Shown: positions 1 through 10,483, counted from the stretch's first letter. The stretch: 64,000 bases of DNA from Dehalococcoidia bacterium (GCA_965247535.1 OZ252018.1:782674-846673), one strand, 5' to 3'. The notes: generated by a model from the letters alone, not told the origin. Program-made: numbers and translations.

Positions 1-3000
1 GATAGCTTCACCTTTACCGGAGTAGGCAGCGCGGTCAACGGCACGGTCGCGTTGTCCGAGGACAAGAGCAAGGTGACGTACACACACGACGGATCGGAGA
101 CGACGTCAGGAAGCTTCACGTACATGGTGAGCGACGAAACAGCTACTGGGACGGGGACGGTCACGGTAACCGTGACGCCGGTTAACGACGCGCCCGTACC
201 CGTGAGCGACACGGCCACGGTGGCGGAGGGCGGTGAGGTGGAGTTCGCTGTCACAACATTGCTTGCCAACGACAGCGACCCGGAAAGCGGCACGCTCAGC
301 GTGACGGGCGTGGGCGGCGCGGCCAACGGCACGGTGACGCTCTCTGAGGACGAAAGCGAGGTGACGTACGCGCACGACGGGTCGGAGACGACGACTGGCA
401 GCTTCACGTACACAGTGAGCGACGGGACGGCCATGGCAACCGGGACGGTGGCTGTGACGGTGACTCCTGTTAACGATCCACCGGGTGCGCTCTCACTAGC
501 AGACCAGACTGCTACGGCAGGGACATCATTCAGCTACGAGGTACCGGAGGTGACCGATCCTGACGGGGATGAACTCACGTACGCGGCGTTCCTGGGCACA
601 GGACAGAACCCGTTGCCTGGCTGGCTGAGCTTCGATGAGGGGACGCGCACGTTCAGTGGCACGCCTCGAACGGCACACGTGGGGGAGTACGAGATTCAGG
701 TAACGGTGAACGACTCGAGTGCGGCGTCGAAGAAGGCGGAGTTCACGCTGACAGTGGAGTTGCCGCCGAATGAGGCGCCGGAGGCGCCGGAGCTGACATC
801 ACAGACTGCGACGGAGGACCAGGCGTTCAGCTACGAGGTGCCTGAGTTTGACGACCCTGAGGATGACACGATCACATACGCGGCTGCGCTGGACGGTGGC
901 GGGACGCTGCCGGGATGGCTGAGCTTCGATGCCACGAGCCGGACGTTGAGCGGGACGCCGCTGGAGGCTGACACGCCGGCATCGCACACCATACGCATCA
1001 CAGCGACGGACGCCGGCAGCCCGTCGCAGTCGTCATCCGCGATGTTCAGCCTCACCGTGACCGAGGTCAACGACGCGCCCGTCCCAGGAAACGATTCGGC
1101 GTCAGTCGCAGAAGGAGGGAGCGTGGACGTCTCAGTCACAACATTGCTCGCCAACGACAGCGACCCGGAAGGTAGCACACTCAGCGTCACGGGAGTGGGT
1201 GGAGGGGTCAACGGCACGGTCGCGATGTCTGAAGACAAAAGCGAGGTGACGTACACCCACGACGGGTCGGAGACGACGACGGGGAGCTTCCCGTACACGG
1301 TGAGTGACGGGACGGACACGGCCACCGGGACGGTCACCGTCACGGTGATGCCTGCCAACGACGGCCCAGTGGTTGTCGACGACACGGCCACGGTTGCGGA
1401 GGGTGGTGAGGTGGAGATCGCTGTCACAACGCTGCTCGCCAACGACAGCGACCCGGAGGGCAGCACACTCAGCATCACGGCCGTTGGTGGCGCGGTCAAC
1501 GGCGGTGTGGCGTTGTCCGAGGATAAGAGCGAGGTGACGTACACGCACGACGGATCAGAGACTGCGACGGGGAGTTTCACGTACACCGTGAGCGACGCTA
1601 CGGCCACGGGGACTGGGACGGTCACGATCAGCGTGACGCCGGTTAACGACGCGCCCGTGCCCGTGAATGACACGGCCACGGTGGCAGAGGGTGGAAGCGT
1701 GGACGTAGCGGTTACAGTGCTACTGGCTAACGACACCGACCCGGAAAGCGGCACGCTCAGCGTGACGGGCGTGGGTGGCGCGGCCAACGGCACGGTGACG
1801 CTCTCTGAGGACGAAAGCGAGGTGACGTACGCGCACGACGGGTCGGAGACGACGACTGGCAGCTTCACGTACACAGTGAGCGACGGGACGGCCATGGCAA
1901 CCGGGACGGTGGCAGTGACGGTGACGCCTGTAAACGATCCGCCGGGTGAGCTCTCACTAGCAGACCAGACTGCTACGGCAGGGACATCATTCAGCTACGA
2001 GGTACCGGAGGTGGCCGATCCTGACGGGGATGAACTCACGTACGCGGCGTTCCTGGGCACAGGGCAGAACCCGTTGCCTGGCTGGCTGAGCTTCGATGAG
2101 GGGACGCGCACGTTCAGTGGCACGCCTCGAACGGCACACGTGGGGGAGTACGAGATTCAGGTAACGGTGAACGACTCGAGTGCGGCGGCGAAGAAGGCGG
2201 AGTTCAAGCTGACGGTGGAGCTGCCGCCTAACGGACCTCCGGTGGCGCCTGAGCTGACGGCACAAACGGCGACGGAGGATCGGGCGTTCAGCTACGTGGT
2301 CCCTGAGTTTGACGACCCTGAGAATGACACGGTGACTTACGCTGCTGCGCTGGACGGTGGCGGGACGCTGCCGGGATGGCTGAGCTTCAACGCGACGAGC
2401 CGGAAGTTGAGCGGCACGCCGCTGGAGGCTGACACGCCGGCCTCGCACACCATCCGCATCACGGCGACGGACGACGGCAGCCCGTCGAAGTCGGCGTCTG
2501 GGACGTTTGCCCTTACGGTGGCTGAGGTGAACGACGCGCCCTCGACGCCATCGCTCACGGACCAGGACGCAGTAGTATCGCGGCCATTCAGGTACACGTT
2601 CGCCGCCGTAACCGACCCGGAGGGCGGCGACGTCACCTACTCGGCATCGCTGGGCGCGAGCGCCGAGCTGCCATCGTGGCTGTCGTTCGACGCCGATGGT
2701 CTCACGCTGAGCGGCACGCCGGGGGAGATTGACGCCCCGGCTGAGCTTGTTGTCCGCATCACGGCCACCGATGACGCCGACCCCCCCTTGGCGTCTTCGG
2801 CCGACTTCACGCTTACGGTGAGCGAGTCCAACGGCGCGCCGGTCGCCGTTGACGACACGGCAACCGTTGCCGAGGGTCATGCGTTGACGATTCCCAGTCG
2901 TGACCTTCTCGGCAATGACTCGGACCCGGACGGGCAGACGCTGGTGATCACCGGCGTGGGCAATGCGGTCTACGGCACGGTCACCCTTTCGGCGGACGGC

Positions 3001-5427
3001 GCCTCGGTTACATACCGGCACGCCGGATCCGAGAGCGCGTCGGGCAGCTTCACGTACACCGTGAGCGACGGTGTGGAAACGGACACGGCGACCGTCGCAA
3101 TCACCGTCACGCCCGTCAACGACCCACCGCCCGCGCCTTCCGTCGCAGACCAGTCCGCCGTGGAGGACGAGCAGTTCAGCTACCAGTTCGCCGCGGTGAC
3201 CGATCCGGAGGGCGACGTTGTCACGTATTGGTCGGCCCTAGCCGGCGGCGGTTCGCTCCCGCCGTGGCTTGACTTCAACGCCACAACGCGCGCCTTCGGC
3301 GGCACGCCCCGCGAAGCCGACACACCGGCCACTCTCACGATCGTCGTGACCGCCACTGACGATGGCCAGCCGTCGGAGTCGGCGGCGTCCACATTCACGC
3401 TCACCGTCAGTGCGGTCAACGACCCGCCGGACGCGCCGAGTGTTGCCGACCGGACGGCTTTCGTCGGTGTCGCGTTCTCCTACTCAGTGCCGGCGGCTTA
3501 CGACTCAGACAGCTGGCCGCTGTCGTACGCCGCCGCTCAGGGACACGGCGTGAATCCACTGCCCAGGTGGCTGCGATTCGATACCGAGACCAGAACGTTC
3601 AGCGGAACGCCGCTTCCGGCAGACGTGGCAGAACATGAGATTGTGGTCTCGGTATCTGACGACCTGCACACCACGTCGGCCACATTCACTCTGACCGTGG
3701 AGGTGGCCCCGAACCGGCCGCCGGTCCCGCCGCAGATTCCACCGCAAGAGGCGACCGAAGACCTGCTCTTCACTCTTGCCGTGCCGCCGTTTGCCGATCC
3801 CGACGAGGACCTGCTCGAATACTCGGCGGGCATGTCCTCACCGGATGGCACGGTCGCTGGTCTGCCGGCGTGGCTTGCGTTCGATCCGGCAACCCGTGTT
3901 CTGTTCGGTACCCCGCTCGAAGGTGACACGCCCAGCGTGCTCACCCTCGTCGTCACTGCCACCGACGACGGCGACCCTCCGGCCTCCGCCGAGGTACGCT
4001 TTCTGCTGGGCGTCGCAGAGGTCAACGACGCGCCAACGGCCAGCGCAGGTGAGGACCAGACCGTTCCCGCCGCTAGCTTCGTCACCCTGGACGGCTCCGG
4101 AAGCCGGGACCCGGAGGGAGATTCGCTGAGTTACGCCTGGAGTCAGGAAGGAGGACCGAGTGTGGCGATTTCGGGTGCACGCACCGCTGCGCCGACCTTT
4201 GTGGCGCCTACACAGCTGCTCCCAGAGTTGGAGTTCGCGTTCTCCTTAGTCGTGACAGACGCAGAGGGAGCATACTCCGAGCCGGACTCGGTGAGCATTC
4301 GCGTCGTCGGTTCGGCGAGCCAGGCGGAGCCTGTCGTGCCCGTGATTTCGATCGAGGCCGAGGTCGCATCGGTGGTGGAGGGGCAGGTGGCCAGTTTCCG
4401 GATCGAGGCCGCGCCTTCGCCTGACAGGCCCATCGCAATCGTCATGGACGTAGCGGGTGGAGACGCCTACGGTGTCGCCGACGGTCAGCGGGACGTGTTC
4501 ATCCTGCCGGGGGATACCTCGTCTATACTCGTGCTGCACACTGTGGACGACGACAGGGATGAGCCGCACGGCCGTATCGAAGCCGTCATTCGCGACCAAC
4601 CTCTGTACAGCCTTGGCGCGAAGTCGACCGCGCACGTCATCGTCAGCGACAACGACCTCGCTTCCAGCCAGCTCGACTTGGAGATTACACCGGAGCCAAC
4701 GGTACCCTCTTTGCCTACCGCCACGCTCACTCCTGAGCCAACATTGCCCCCTTTGCCTACCGCCGCGCTCACTCCTGAGCCAACCTCACCCCCATTGCCT
4801 GCCGCCGCGCCTACTCCTGAGCCAACCTCACTTCCATCGCCTACCGCCGCGCCTACTCCTGAGCCAACATTGCCGCCATCGCCTACCGCCGCGCTCACTC
4901 CTGAGCCAACATTGCCCCCATCGCCTACCGCCGCGCCTACTCCTGAGCCAACCTCACCTCCATCGCCTACCGCCGCGCTCACTCCTGAGCCAACGTCGCC
5001 CCCGCCGCCTACCGCCACGCGCACCCCTGAGCCTACGCAGGCAACATCCTGGCAGTCGGACCACCTACCGTCAACGTCGCTCCCGCCGTCTACCGCCACT
5101 CACGCCGCCATGCCAACGACTCCTCATCTTTCACTGTCCTGGACTCCGGCGCCTGGGCCGGCTACCCTTCAACCGGCGGGAGACCCTCAGCCGACCGCAT
5201 CCGCGTGGCCAACTGCCACGGCGCCTTCAGCACCGGCGCTCTCGCTACAACCTCCGTCTGTTCCCACGCCAACCGTGGAATTCGAAGAGCCGCCGGCCAC
5301 GGCTGCCTCGGTGCCTGTGGATGACGATCAGGGGGCCGGTCGGATGGGGTGGATTGTGACCATCGCACTTGCAGGCGTCACAGCCGCGACCGGGGGGACT
5401 GTGTTTCTGCAGGGGGCCAGGCGGTAG
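1..5427 (+). CDS. Large surface adhesin, 5'-truncated: tandem Ig-like/cadherin-like and putative-Ig repeats, PKD-like and Calx-beta-like domains, Pro/Thr stalk, C-terminal membrane anchor
   Basis: Frame +1 is open from base 1. Repeated VNDAP / LLANDSDPEG / YTHDGSETTTGSFTYTVSD and LPGWLSFD..TRTFSGTP motifs; AGEDQTV...TLDGSGSRDPEG (PKD-like); TVDDDRDEPHG (Calx-beta-like); hydrophobic C-terminus ending ARR. Confidence 0.9.
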   Translation, partial: DSFTFTGVGSAVNGTVALSEDKSKVTYTHDGSETTSGSFTYMVSDETATGTGTVTVTVTPVNDAPVPVSDTATVAEGGEVEFAVTTLLANDSDPESGTLSVTGVGGAANGTVTLSEDESEVTYAHDGSETTTGSFTYTVSDGTAMATGTVAVTVTPVNDPPGALSLADQTATAGTSFSYEVPEVTDPDGDELTYAAFLGTGQNPLPGWLSFDEGTRTFSGTPRTAHVGEYEIQVTVNDSSAASKKAEFTLTVELPPNEAPEAPELTSQTATEDQAFSYEVPEFDDPEDDTITYAAALDGGGTLPGWLSFDATSRTLSGTPLEADTPASHTIRITATDAGSPSQSSSAMFSLTVTEVNDAPVPGNDSASVAEGGSVDVSVTTLLANDSDPEGSTLSVTGVGGGVNGTVAMSEDKSEVTYTHDGSETTTGSFPYTVSDGTDTATGTVTVTVMPANDGPVVVDDTATVAEGGEVEIAVTTLLANDSDPEGSTLSITAVGGAVNGGVALSEDKSEVTYTHDGSETATGSFTYTVSDATATGTGTVTISVTPVNDAPVPVNDTATVAEGGSVDVAVTVLLANDTDPESGTLSVTGVGGAANGTVTLSEDESEVTYAHDGSETTTGSFTYTVSDGTAMATGTVAVTVTPVNDPPGELSLADQTATAGTSFSYEVPEVADPDGDELTYAAFLGTGQNPLPGWLSFDEGTRTFSGTPRTAHVGEYEIQVTVNDSSAAAKKAEFKLTVELPPNGPPVAPELTAQTATEDRAFSYVVPEFDDPENDTVTYAAALDGGGTLPGWLSFNATSRKLSGTPLEADTPASHTIRITATDDGSPSKSASGTFALTVAEVNDAPSTPSLTDQDAVVSRPFRYTFAAVTDPEGGDVTYSASLGASAELPSWLSFDADGLTLSGTPGEIDAPAELVVRITATDDADPPLASSADFTLTVSESNGAPVAVDDTATVAEGHALTIPSRDLLGNDSDPDGQTLVITGVGNAVYGTVTLSADGASVTYRHAGSESASGSFTYTVSDGVETDTATVAITVTPVNDPPPAPSVADQSAVEDEQFSYQFAAVTDPEGDVVTYWSALAGGGSLPPWLDFNATTRAFGGTPREADTPATLTIVVTATDDGQPSESAASTFTLTVSAVNDPPDAPSVADRTAFVGVAFSYSVPAAYDSDSWPLSYAAAQGHGVNPLPRWLRFDTETRTFSGTPLPADVAEHEIVVSVSDDLHTTSATFTLTVEVAPNRPPVPPQIPPQEATEDLLFTLAVPPFADPDEDLLEYSAGMSSPDGTVAGLPAWLAFDPATRVLFGTPLEGDTPSVLTLVVTATDDGDPPASAEVRFLLGVAEVNDAPTASAGEDQTVPAASFVTLDGSGSRDPEGDSLSYAWSQEGGPSVAISGARTAAPTFVAPTQLLPELEFAFSLVVTDAEGAYSEPDSVSIRVVGSASQAEPVVPVISIEAEVASVVEGQVASFRIEAAPSPDRPIAIVMDVAGGDAYGVADGQRDVFILPGDTSSILVLHTVDDDRDEPHGRIEAVIRDQPLYSLGAKSTAHVIVSDNDLASSQLDLEITPEPTVPSLPTATLTPEPTLPPLPTAALTPEPTSPPLPAAAPTPEPTSLPSPTAAPTPEPTLPPSPTAALTPEPTLPPSPTAAPTPEPTSPPSPTAALTPEPTSPPPPTATRTPEPTQATSWQSDHLPSTSLPPSTATHAAMPTTPHLSLSWTPAPGPATLQPAGDPQPTASAWPTATAPSAPALSLQPPSVPTPTVEFEEPPATAASVPVDDDQGAGRMGWIVTIALAGVTAATGGTVFLQGARR
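30..2541 (+). repeat. Intragenic duplication with 1461-bp (487-aa) period
   Basis: Matching strings offset by 1461: ttgtccgagga at 52/1513, gttaacgacg at 181/1642, cggaaagcgg at 281/1742, aacgacgcgccc at 1069/2530. Confidence 0.9.
4687..5037 (+). repeat. 42-bp tandem repeat, about 8 copies, encoding a TPEPTxPPxPTAAx stalk
   Basis: actcctgagccaac recurs every 42 nt; 14-aa periodicity in the protein. Confidence 0.92.
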
Positions 5428-5561
5428 GGAACAGGGGGCACTAGAACTCAGGTACAGGAAATGGAGAGCAGATGGCCGGAGAAACCAGCTCTCGATTATT
5501 TGTGCTATAATCCACCAGTCGGCAAGGGTAGCGATACCTCGCTACGAATGGGCGAAGTGCT

Positions 5562-8267
5562 ATGCAAGTGAACAAGCAAGAAGAGTTCCAAAATCGCGCC
5601 CTGGCCAATCTCCTAGCCGAGCGTGGTATCGTGACGGACTTTGAGCAGAGGCGCGGGCGGAAGCGAGTGGACGTTGTTGCAGAGGTGGACGGCTTGCGCA
5701 TTGTCCTGGAAGCGGAGACAGGCTTCCACCGAAAGGCGCAGGCAATCAAGGACGCCGACGCCCGCCTACGCCAAGGGCTGACAACGGCGGTATTCGCGGT
5801 CTGCTATCCGGACGGCGTCACAGAGCAGAATCTGGCCGATGCCGAACTGACGTGGACCCTTCGACTGAAGCCGGGCGAACCCGCAGGCGAGTGGTCAACC
5901 GGCGGCCTGAATCAGCTCGCTCAGGCAGTCTTACAGGCGCCTAGTTCCCTGAGCGGCGCTGACGTCGCGGCACAGTGGCTCTCAGATGGCCTGGACCAGG
6001 TGGTGCAGAGGATGGGTACCCCCGTGCGGCAGGGTCTGGCGCGGGCATTGGACCTGCCCCCCACCAAATCCCAGGACGGACAGCAGGGAGACGGCTATTC
6101 TGTGGCAGCCAAGCGTGGGATGCTGGTGATTGCCACCGCAATGCTCTTCCACCACCGCGTTCAGCATCACCTTCCGACAGAGCGGCCGGAGGACTACCAC
6201 GGAGATTGGCCTCCCGCCGGTCCGTCGGTCTGCGCAGAGCAGGACGCGGTTATCGACGCGTTCCGTGAGGCATGGAGCGGCATTCTTGCCGTGGACTACA
6301 AGCCGGTCTTTGAGACGGGACGGACGGCCTTGGGCGCGTTGTCCATGGACCCGGACACTAGTCAAGCGATAGGGGGCCTTGCAAGGGTAGTGGCCCGTGT
6401 CTCGGAGCGCGTTTCCGGCCTGCGCCACGACCTTCTCGGCCGCATATTCCACAGGGTCTTGGATACCGCCCGCTACGACGGCTCATTCTATACCTCTACC
6501 GCCGCTGCGGTGCTGCTGGCCTCACTGGCCCTGCGGGAGGAGGACAGCAACTGGTCGGACCCCAACGTCATCGCCAACCTCCGCATTTGCGACCCCGCTT
6601 GCGGCACTGGCACTCTGCTAATGGCCGCTGCCGAACGCATACGCGACCTGCGTATGGCTGCTGGCCCACTTAGAGCCGATGATGATGAGTATCTGGGCCT
6701 GCACTTGCTAGAGGACGTGCTCTATGGATACGACATGAATCTCAGTGCTACCCACATGGCAGCCAGCACGCTGGGCATGCTATCGCCTACAACCAGATTT
6801 GGCCGTATGAATATACACCGTACGCTGTTGGGCGTGTACGACGGCATACCCTACCTGGGCTCGCTAGAGTTCCTTGCTGGACAAGCGCGGTTGGCTGCAT
6901 GGCCCTCCGCGACCCAGCAAGTGGAGAGCGAGGAGGGAATGGCAGAGCTACCGCCGCCGATGGACCTAGTGATAATGAACCCACCATACACCCGAGATAG
7001 CCTGCGATATGACCAGTTCAGTGAGGCTGACGAGTTACTAGTCAAGGAACGCGAAAAGCAGATTTTTGGCGCCACGGCGGCTCATTTGGCAGGCAACAGT
7101 GGCTCTTTCCTGATTCTGGCCAATCGTCTTTGCAGGGCTGACGCCGGCACCATCGCCGTGGTCCTTCCGTTGGCAGGTATTACTGACAGGGCGGGACGGG
7201 AAGTGCGAAGGATGTTGGGATCCAGCTACTATGTTGACACTATCGTCACCTCTCACGACCCTACTCGAATATTCTTCTCGGAGAATACTGATATTGGTGA
7301 GATTCTGGTGGTTTGCCGGCGGTGGAGCGGTGACAATCCCAAACCAACTACGCGAGTCGTGAACCTCGCAAAGAATCCGTCCACTCCCCTGGAGGCCCTT
7401 GACACGGCTGCAAGGATTGAGAACCCGAATGGGGCAACCTCCCGTGACTTTACGATCCAGAAAGTGGATTCAAGTCGCATTGCGAGTGGGGACTGGTTTG
7501 CCGTCAACTTCCTCTCGCCTTTCCTGGTGGAAGCCTACCGAACCCTCAGCGAAACAAGCTTGGCATCCGTCCAAACTGTGACCCTGAGCGACTTGGCAGA
7601 GGTAGGCCCAGAGGGAAGGCGAATTAGAGACGTGTACACGCGCTCGAGTATGCCAACTGCGTCCGGCCGGCGGGCGCTGTGGAACCACAAGTCCGAAGTC
7701 ACCCGGTCTATGCGCGCTGAGCCGGATGTCAACATTGAGCCTAAGGCTTCAGACCGCGAACACCGACTCGCGGACACCTATTGGGGGCAAAGAAGCAACC
7801 TGTTGCTACCTCACCGGCTGAGGCTAAACTTATGCCGAGTGGCTGCAGTTACGCTACCAGAATATGTTGTTGGCTCAAGCTGGACCCCTTGCCGTCTAAA
7901 TGATTCTCATCTGGCTAGAGCACTCTGCATTTATCTGAACTCAACACTAGGTCTGCTCACCATTTTGGGAACCCGGGATAACCGACTGCCGTCCTATACG
8001 TATCTCTCCCTGGACACCCTGCGCTCGCTGCCTGTTCCAGACTTCTCCGCTCTGGGCACCGAGCAAATCGATTTGCTCAACGGCTGGTTTGACTGGCTGG
8101 CCAACGATACGCTTCTGCCTTTCCCACGCTTGCAGGAAGACCCGGTGCGCCGCCAGATTGATGAGGCGGTATGCCAGGCCCTCGGCCTTGACCCGGAGTG
8201 GGTGGCCGCGGTCCGGCGTGACCTGGCGCGGGAGCCGTCTGTGACGGATCGCCCGTACGGAGAGTGA
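5562..8267 (+). CDS. Type IIG-like restriction-modification fusion (putative endonuclease + N6-adenine methyltransferase + specificity region)
   Basis: Motif I ICDPACGTGTLL, motif IV VIMNPPY, GSFYT motif; N-terminal VDVV...VLEAE resembles PD-(D/E)xK; TGcTATAAT upstream at about 5503-5511. Confidence 0.8.
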   Translation: MQVNKQEEFQNRALANLLAERGIVTDFEQRRGRKRVDVVAEVDGLRIVLEAETGFHRKAQAIKDADARLRQGLTTAVFAVCYPDGVTEQNLADAELTWTLRLKPGEPAGEWSTGGLNQLAQAVLQAPSSLSGADVAAQWLSDGLDQVVQRMGTPVRQGLARALDLPPTKSQDGQQGDGYSVAAKRGMLVIATAMLFHHRVQHHLPTERPEDYHGDWPPAGPSVCAEQDAVIDAFREAWSGILAVDYKPVFETGRTALGALSMDPDTSQAIGGLARVVARVSERVSGLRHDLLGRIFHRVLDTARYDGSFYTSTAAAVLLASLALREEDSNWSDPNVIANLRICDPACGTGTLLMAAAERIRDLRMAAGPLRADDDEYLGLHLLEDVLYGYDMNLSATHMAASTLGMLSPTTRFGRMNIHRTLLGVYDGIPYLGSLEFLAGQARLAAWPSATQQVESEEGMAELPPPMDLVIMNPPYTRDSLRYDQFSEADELLVKEREKQIFGATAAHLAGNSGSFLILANRLCRADAGTIAVVLPLAGITDRAGREVRRMLGSSYYVDTIVTSHDPTRIFFSENTDIGEILVVCRRWSGDNPKPTTRVVNLAKNPSTPLEALDTAARIENPNGATSRDFTIQKVDSSRIASGDWFAVNFLSPFLVEAYRTLSETSLASVQTVTLSDLAEVGPEGRRIRDVYTRSSMPTASGRRALWNHKSEVTRSMRAEPDVNIEPKASDREHRLADTYWGQRSNLLLPHRLRLNLCRVAAVTLPEYVVGSSWTPCRLNDSHLARALCIYLNSTLGLLTILGTRDNRLPSYTYLSLDTLRSLPVPDFSALGTEQIDLLNGWFDWLANDTLLPFPRLQEDPVRRQIDEAVCQALGLDPEWVAAVRRDLAREPSVTDRPYGE

Positions 8268-8313
8268 GGCTCGGCTCAATGTCCGGCGCGCCTCACGAAG
8301 AGGGAGCCGAACG

Positions 8314-8964
8314 TCAGCCCGACTGCATCGCGGCGATGAGCTGTCGCGCAGCGGCCTCCGGGTCCGGCGCGCCCACGACTGCGGAGATCACGCAGGCGGC
8401 GTCAGCGCCCGCGCGAACCACCTGCGACACGTTGGCCAGGTTGATGCCGCCTATGGCTACCAATGGAACACTCGAAGTTGCCTTTACCGCAGACAGCGTG
8501 CTCAGCCCGGCGGGCCGTGTGCGCTCCTTCGTGTCCGTGGGGAACATGGCGCCAACCGCCAGGTAGTCCACGCCCAGGCTCTCCGACTCGGCAGCCTCCT
8601 CCACCAGCGCGTTGGACGTGCCGATGATCTGGTATGGCTTGAGGATGGCCCTGGCCTCCGCGACGGGCAAGTCGTGCTGGCCGAGGTGGAGGCCGTGGGC
8701 GTCGCAGGCGACGGCCAGGTCGGCGTGATCGTTCATGATGAAGACGGCGTCATGACGGTCGCACAGGTCGCGGATGCGGCGAGCCACGGGCAGAACGTCG
8801 CCTTTGTCGTGCAGCTTGTCTCGAAGCTGAATGACGCGAGCGCCGCCCCGGAGAACCGCCTCTGTGAGGTCGACGAGTTCCCGGTCACGGGCCGCCTGGG
8901 CGTCTACAATGACGTACAGCCCGCTTACCTTGCGGGCCGTCTCATCTCTCGCGGAGCGCTCCAT
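8314..8964 (-). CDS. thiE: Thiamine-phosphate synthase
   Basis: LYVI, IQLRDK, IMND, GLHLGQHD, FPTDTK, VAIGGI motifs. Confidence 0.93.
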   Translation of the reverse strand: MERSARDETARKVSGLYVIVDAQAARDRELVDLTEAVLRGGARVIQLRDKLHDKGDVLPVARRIRDLCDRHDAVFIMNDHADLAVACDAHGLHLGQHDLPVAEARAILKPYQIIGTSNALVEEAAESESLGVDYLAVGAMFPTDTKERTRPAGLSTLSAVKATSSVPLVAIGGINLANVSQVVRAGADAACVISAVVGAPDPEAAARQLIAAMQSG

Positions 8965-8988
8965 AAGTTTCGACCCCAGGCTGGGCGT

Positions 8989-9348
8989 CTACATGCCCAC
9001 GTCGAAGTCTTCGACCTCGGTGTTGTCGACCATCTCGCCGGCGTCCATGCGTGCCAGCATCTCCTCGCCCATCTGGCCAATTGGCTGCCCGGTCTCGTCC
9101 TTCATGCGCCTGAGCATGTCGGCCACGCTGCGCGGGTCGTCCTCGTTGAAGTCGGTCATGGTATCCCACTGCGGCATACCGCCCATGAAGTCGTTTGGGC
9201 TCTTGATGACGCTCACCTGCGACACGATGCGGGTCCCGCCGGCGACGCCGCAGTGAGAGCAGACCGGCTCCTTGATCTCGGAGAAGCTGCGATTGAGCAT
9301 GGAAAACCTGCGTTGGCAGCTGTCGCAGCGGTACTCGTAAATGGGCAT
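8989..9348 (-). CDS. FmdB-family zinc-ribbon protein
   Basis: MPIYEYRCDSC...CSHCG; GGAG RBS upstream. Confidence 0.85.
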   Translation of the reverse strand: MPIYEYRCDSCQRRFSMLNRSFSEIKEPVCSHCGVAGGTRIVSQVSVIKSPNDFMGGMPQWDTMTDFNEDDPRSVADMLRRMKDETGQPIGQMGEEMLARMDAGEMVDNTEVEDFDVGM

Positions 9349-9411
9349 GCGCTTACTCCCTGGCCAAGCTTGATTCTAGCACATGGTGCGGCCGCGGTAA
9401 ACTACAGGCGC

Positions 9412-10443
9412 CTACACGCCCGTGACGGCATTCTCCGTCCGCTCGATTCTGGCGATGCGCCCCCGCGAGTCCACGTCCACAGCCACCAGGTCAATGCGCC
9501 AGTGCGGTGGCAGGCTCTCCCTGGACTGGAGGTAGGTCTGGGCGGCCGCGATGAGTCTGCGGGCCTTCCCCGCGGTGATCGACTCCTCCGGCGAACCGAA
9601 CTCTCGGCCGCTCCGCGAGCGCACCTCCACGAAGACGACCGCATCGCTGTCCCGCGCCACAATGTCGATCTCGCCGTGCGGGCAGCGAAAGTTGGTGTCC
9701 AGCACGGTGAATCCCGTGCGCTCCAGGTAGCCGCGGGCCGCTCGCTCTCCCAGCGCGCCGAGCCGAATCCTACTGCTGCCGGCCGTGCTGCGTCCGTCGG
9801 AGGACGTTGCATCCGCCATAGCCTCATGGACTGGCGCAAAGCTGCGCCGGTGAATTGGGCAGGGCCCCAGGCGTCGCAGCTGCTCAAGGTGAGCGGGCGT
9901 GGGATAGCCCTTGTTGGAGTCGAAGCCGTAGCCCGGGTACCTTGCGTGCTCCTCGAGCATCATCGCGTCCCGTGTGACCTTGGCGACTATGGAGGCGGCG
10001 GCGATCGACAGGCAGCGTTGGTCTCCGCGAACCAGCGCCCTGGAGGGCAGTCCACCCTGGTCCACGGGCAGCCCATCGACGAGCACGAAATCCGGCCGTG
10101 ACGGAAGTCCGCCCACGGCCATAAGCATGGCCTCGCGGGTAGCGGCAGCAATCCCTAGCCGGTCGACATCCTCGTTCGAGACCACGCCGGCGGCCCAGCC
10201 GGCTGGTGACTCACGTATGCACTCGTATAGCGCGGAGCGCACGCGGGGGCTCAGCTGTTTGCTGTCTCGGAGGTGGGCCAGCCAGGGCTCTCGTAGGTTG
10301 GGCGGGATGACGACTGCGCCTGCCACTACGGGGCCGGCGAGAGGCCCGCGTCCGGCCTCGTCCACGCCTGCCACGACGCGATAGCCCAGGCGATGGAGGG
10401 CGGTCTCCTCATCGAAGGTTGGAGGTGGTGAGGATGTCCTCAT
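9412..10443 (-). CDS. rnhB: Ribonuclease HII fused to a YraN (UPF0102) endonuclease domain
   Basis: AGVDEAGRGPLAGPV, DSKQL, IAAASIVAKVTRD and HRRSF, then a linker, then GALGERAA...GEIDIVA...VFVEVRSR...FGSPEESIT...RIDLV in one frame. Confidence 0.9.
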   Translation of the reverse strand: MRTSSPPPTFDEETALHRLGYRVVAGVDEAGRGPLAGPVVAGAVVIPPNLREPWLAHLRDSKQLSPRVRSALYECIRESPAGWAAGVVSNEDVDRLGIAAATREAMLMAVGGLPSRPDFVLVDGLPVDQGGLPSRALVRGDQRCLSIAAASIVAKVTRDAMMLEEHARYPGYGFDSNKGYPTPAHLEQLRRLGPCPIHRRSFAPVHEAMADATSSDGRSTAGSSRIRLGALGERAARGYLERTGFTVLDTNFRCPHGEIDIVARDSDAVVFVEVRSRSGREFGSPEESITAGKARRLIAAAQTYLQSRESLPPHWRIDLVAVDVDSRGRIARIERTENAVTGV

Positions 10444-10483
10444 GTCCCTTCAGCGGAGAGACGAGACGGAGGAGGTGTGTTGA

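Noticed and set aside
8964-9412. TPP riboswitch for thiE
   Set aside because: thiE directly follows the FmdB gene and no TPP aptamer consensus is visible
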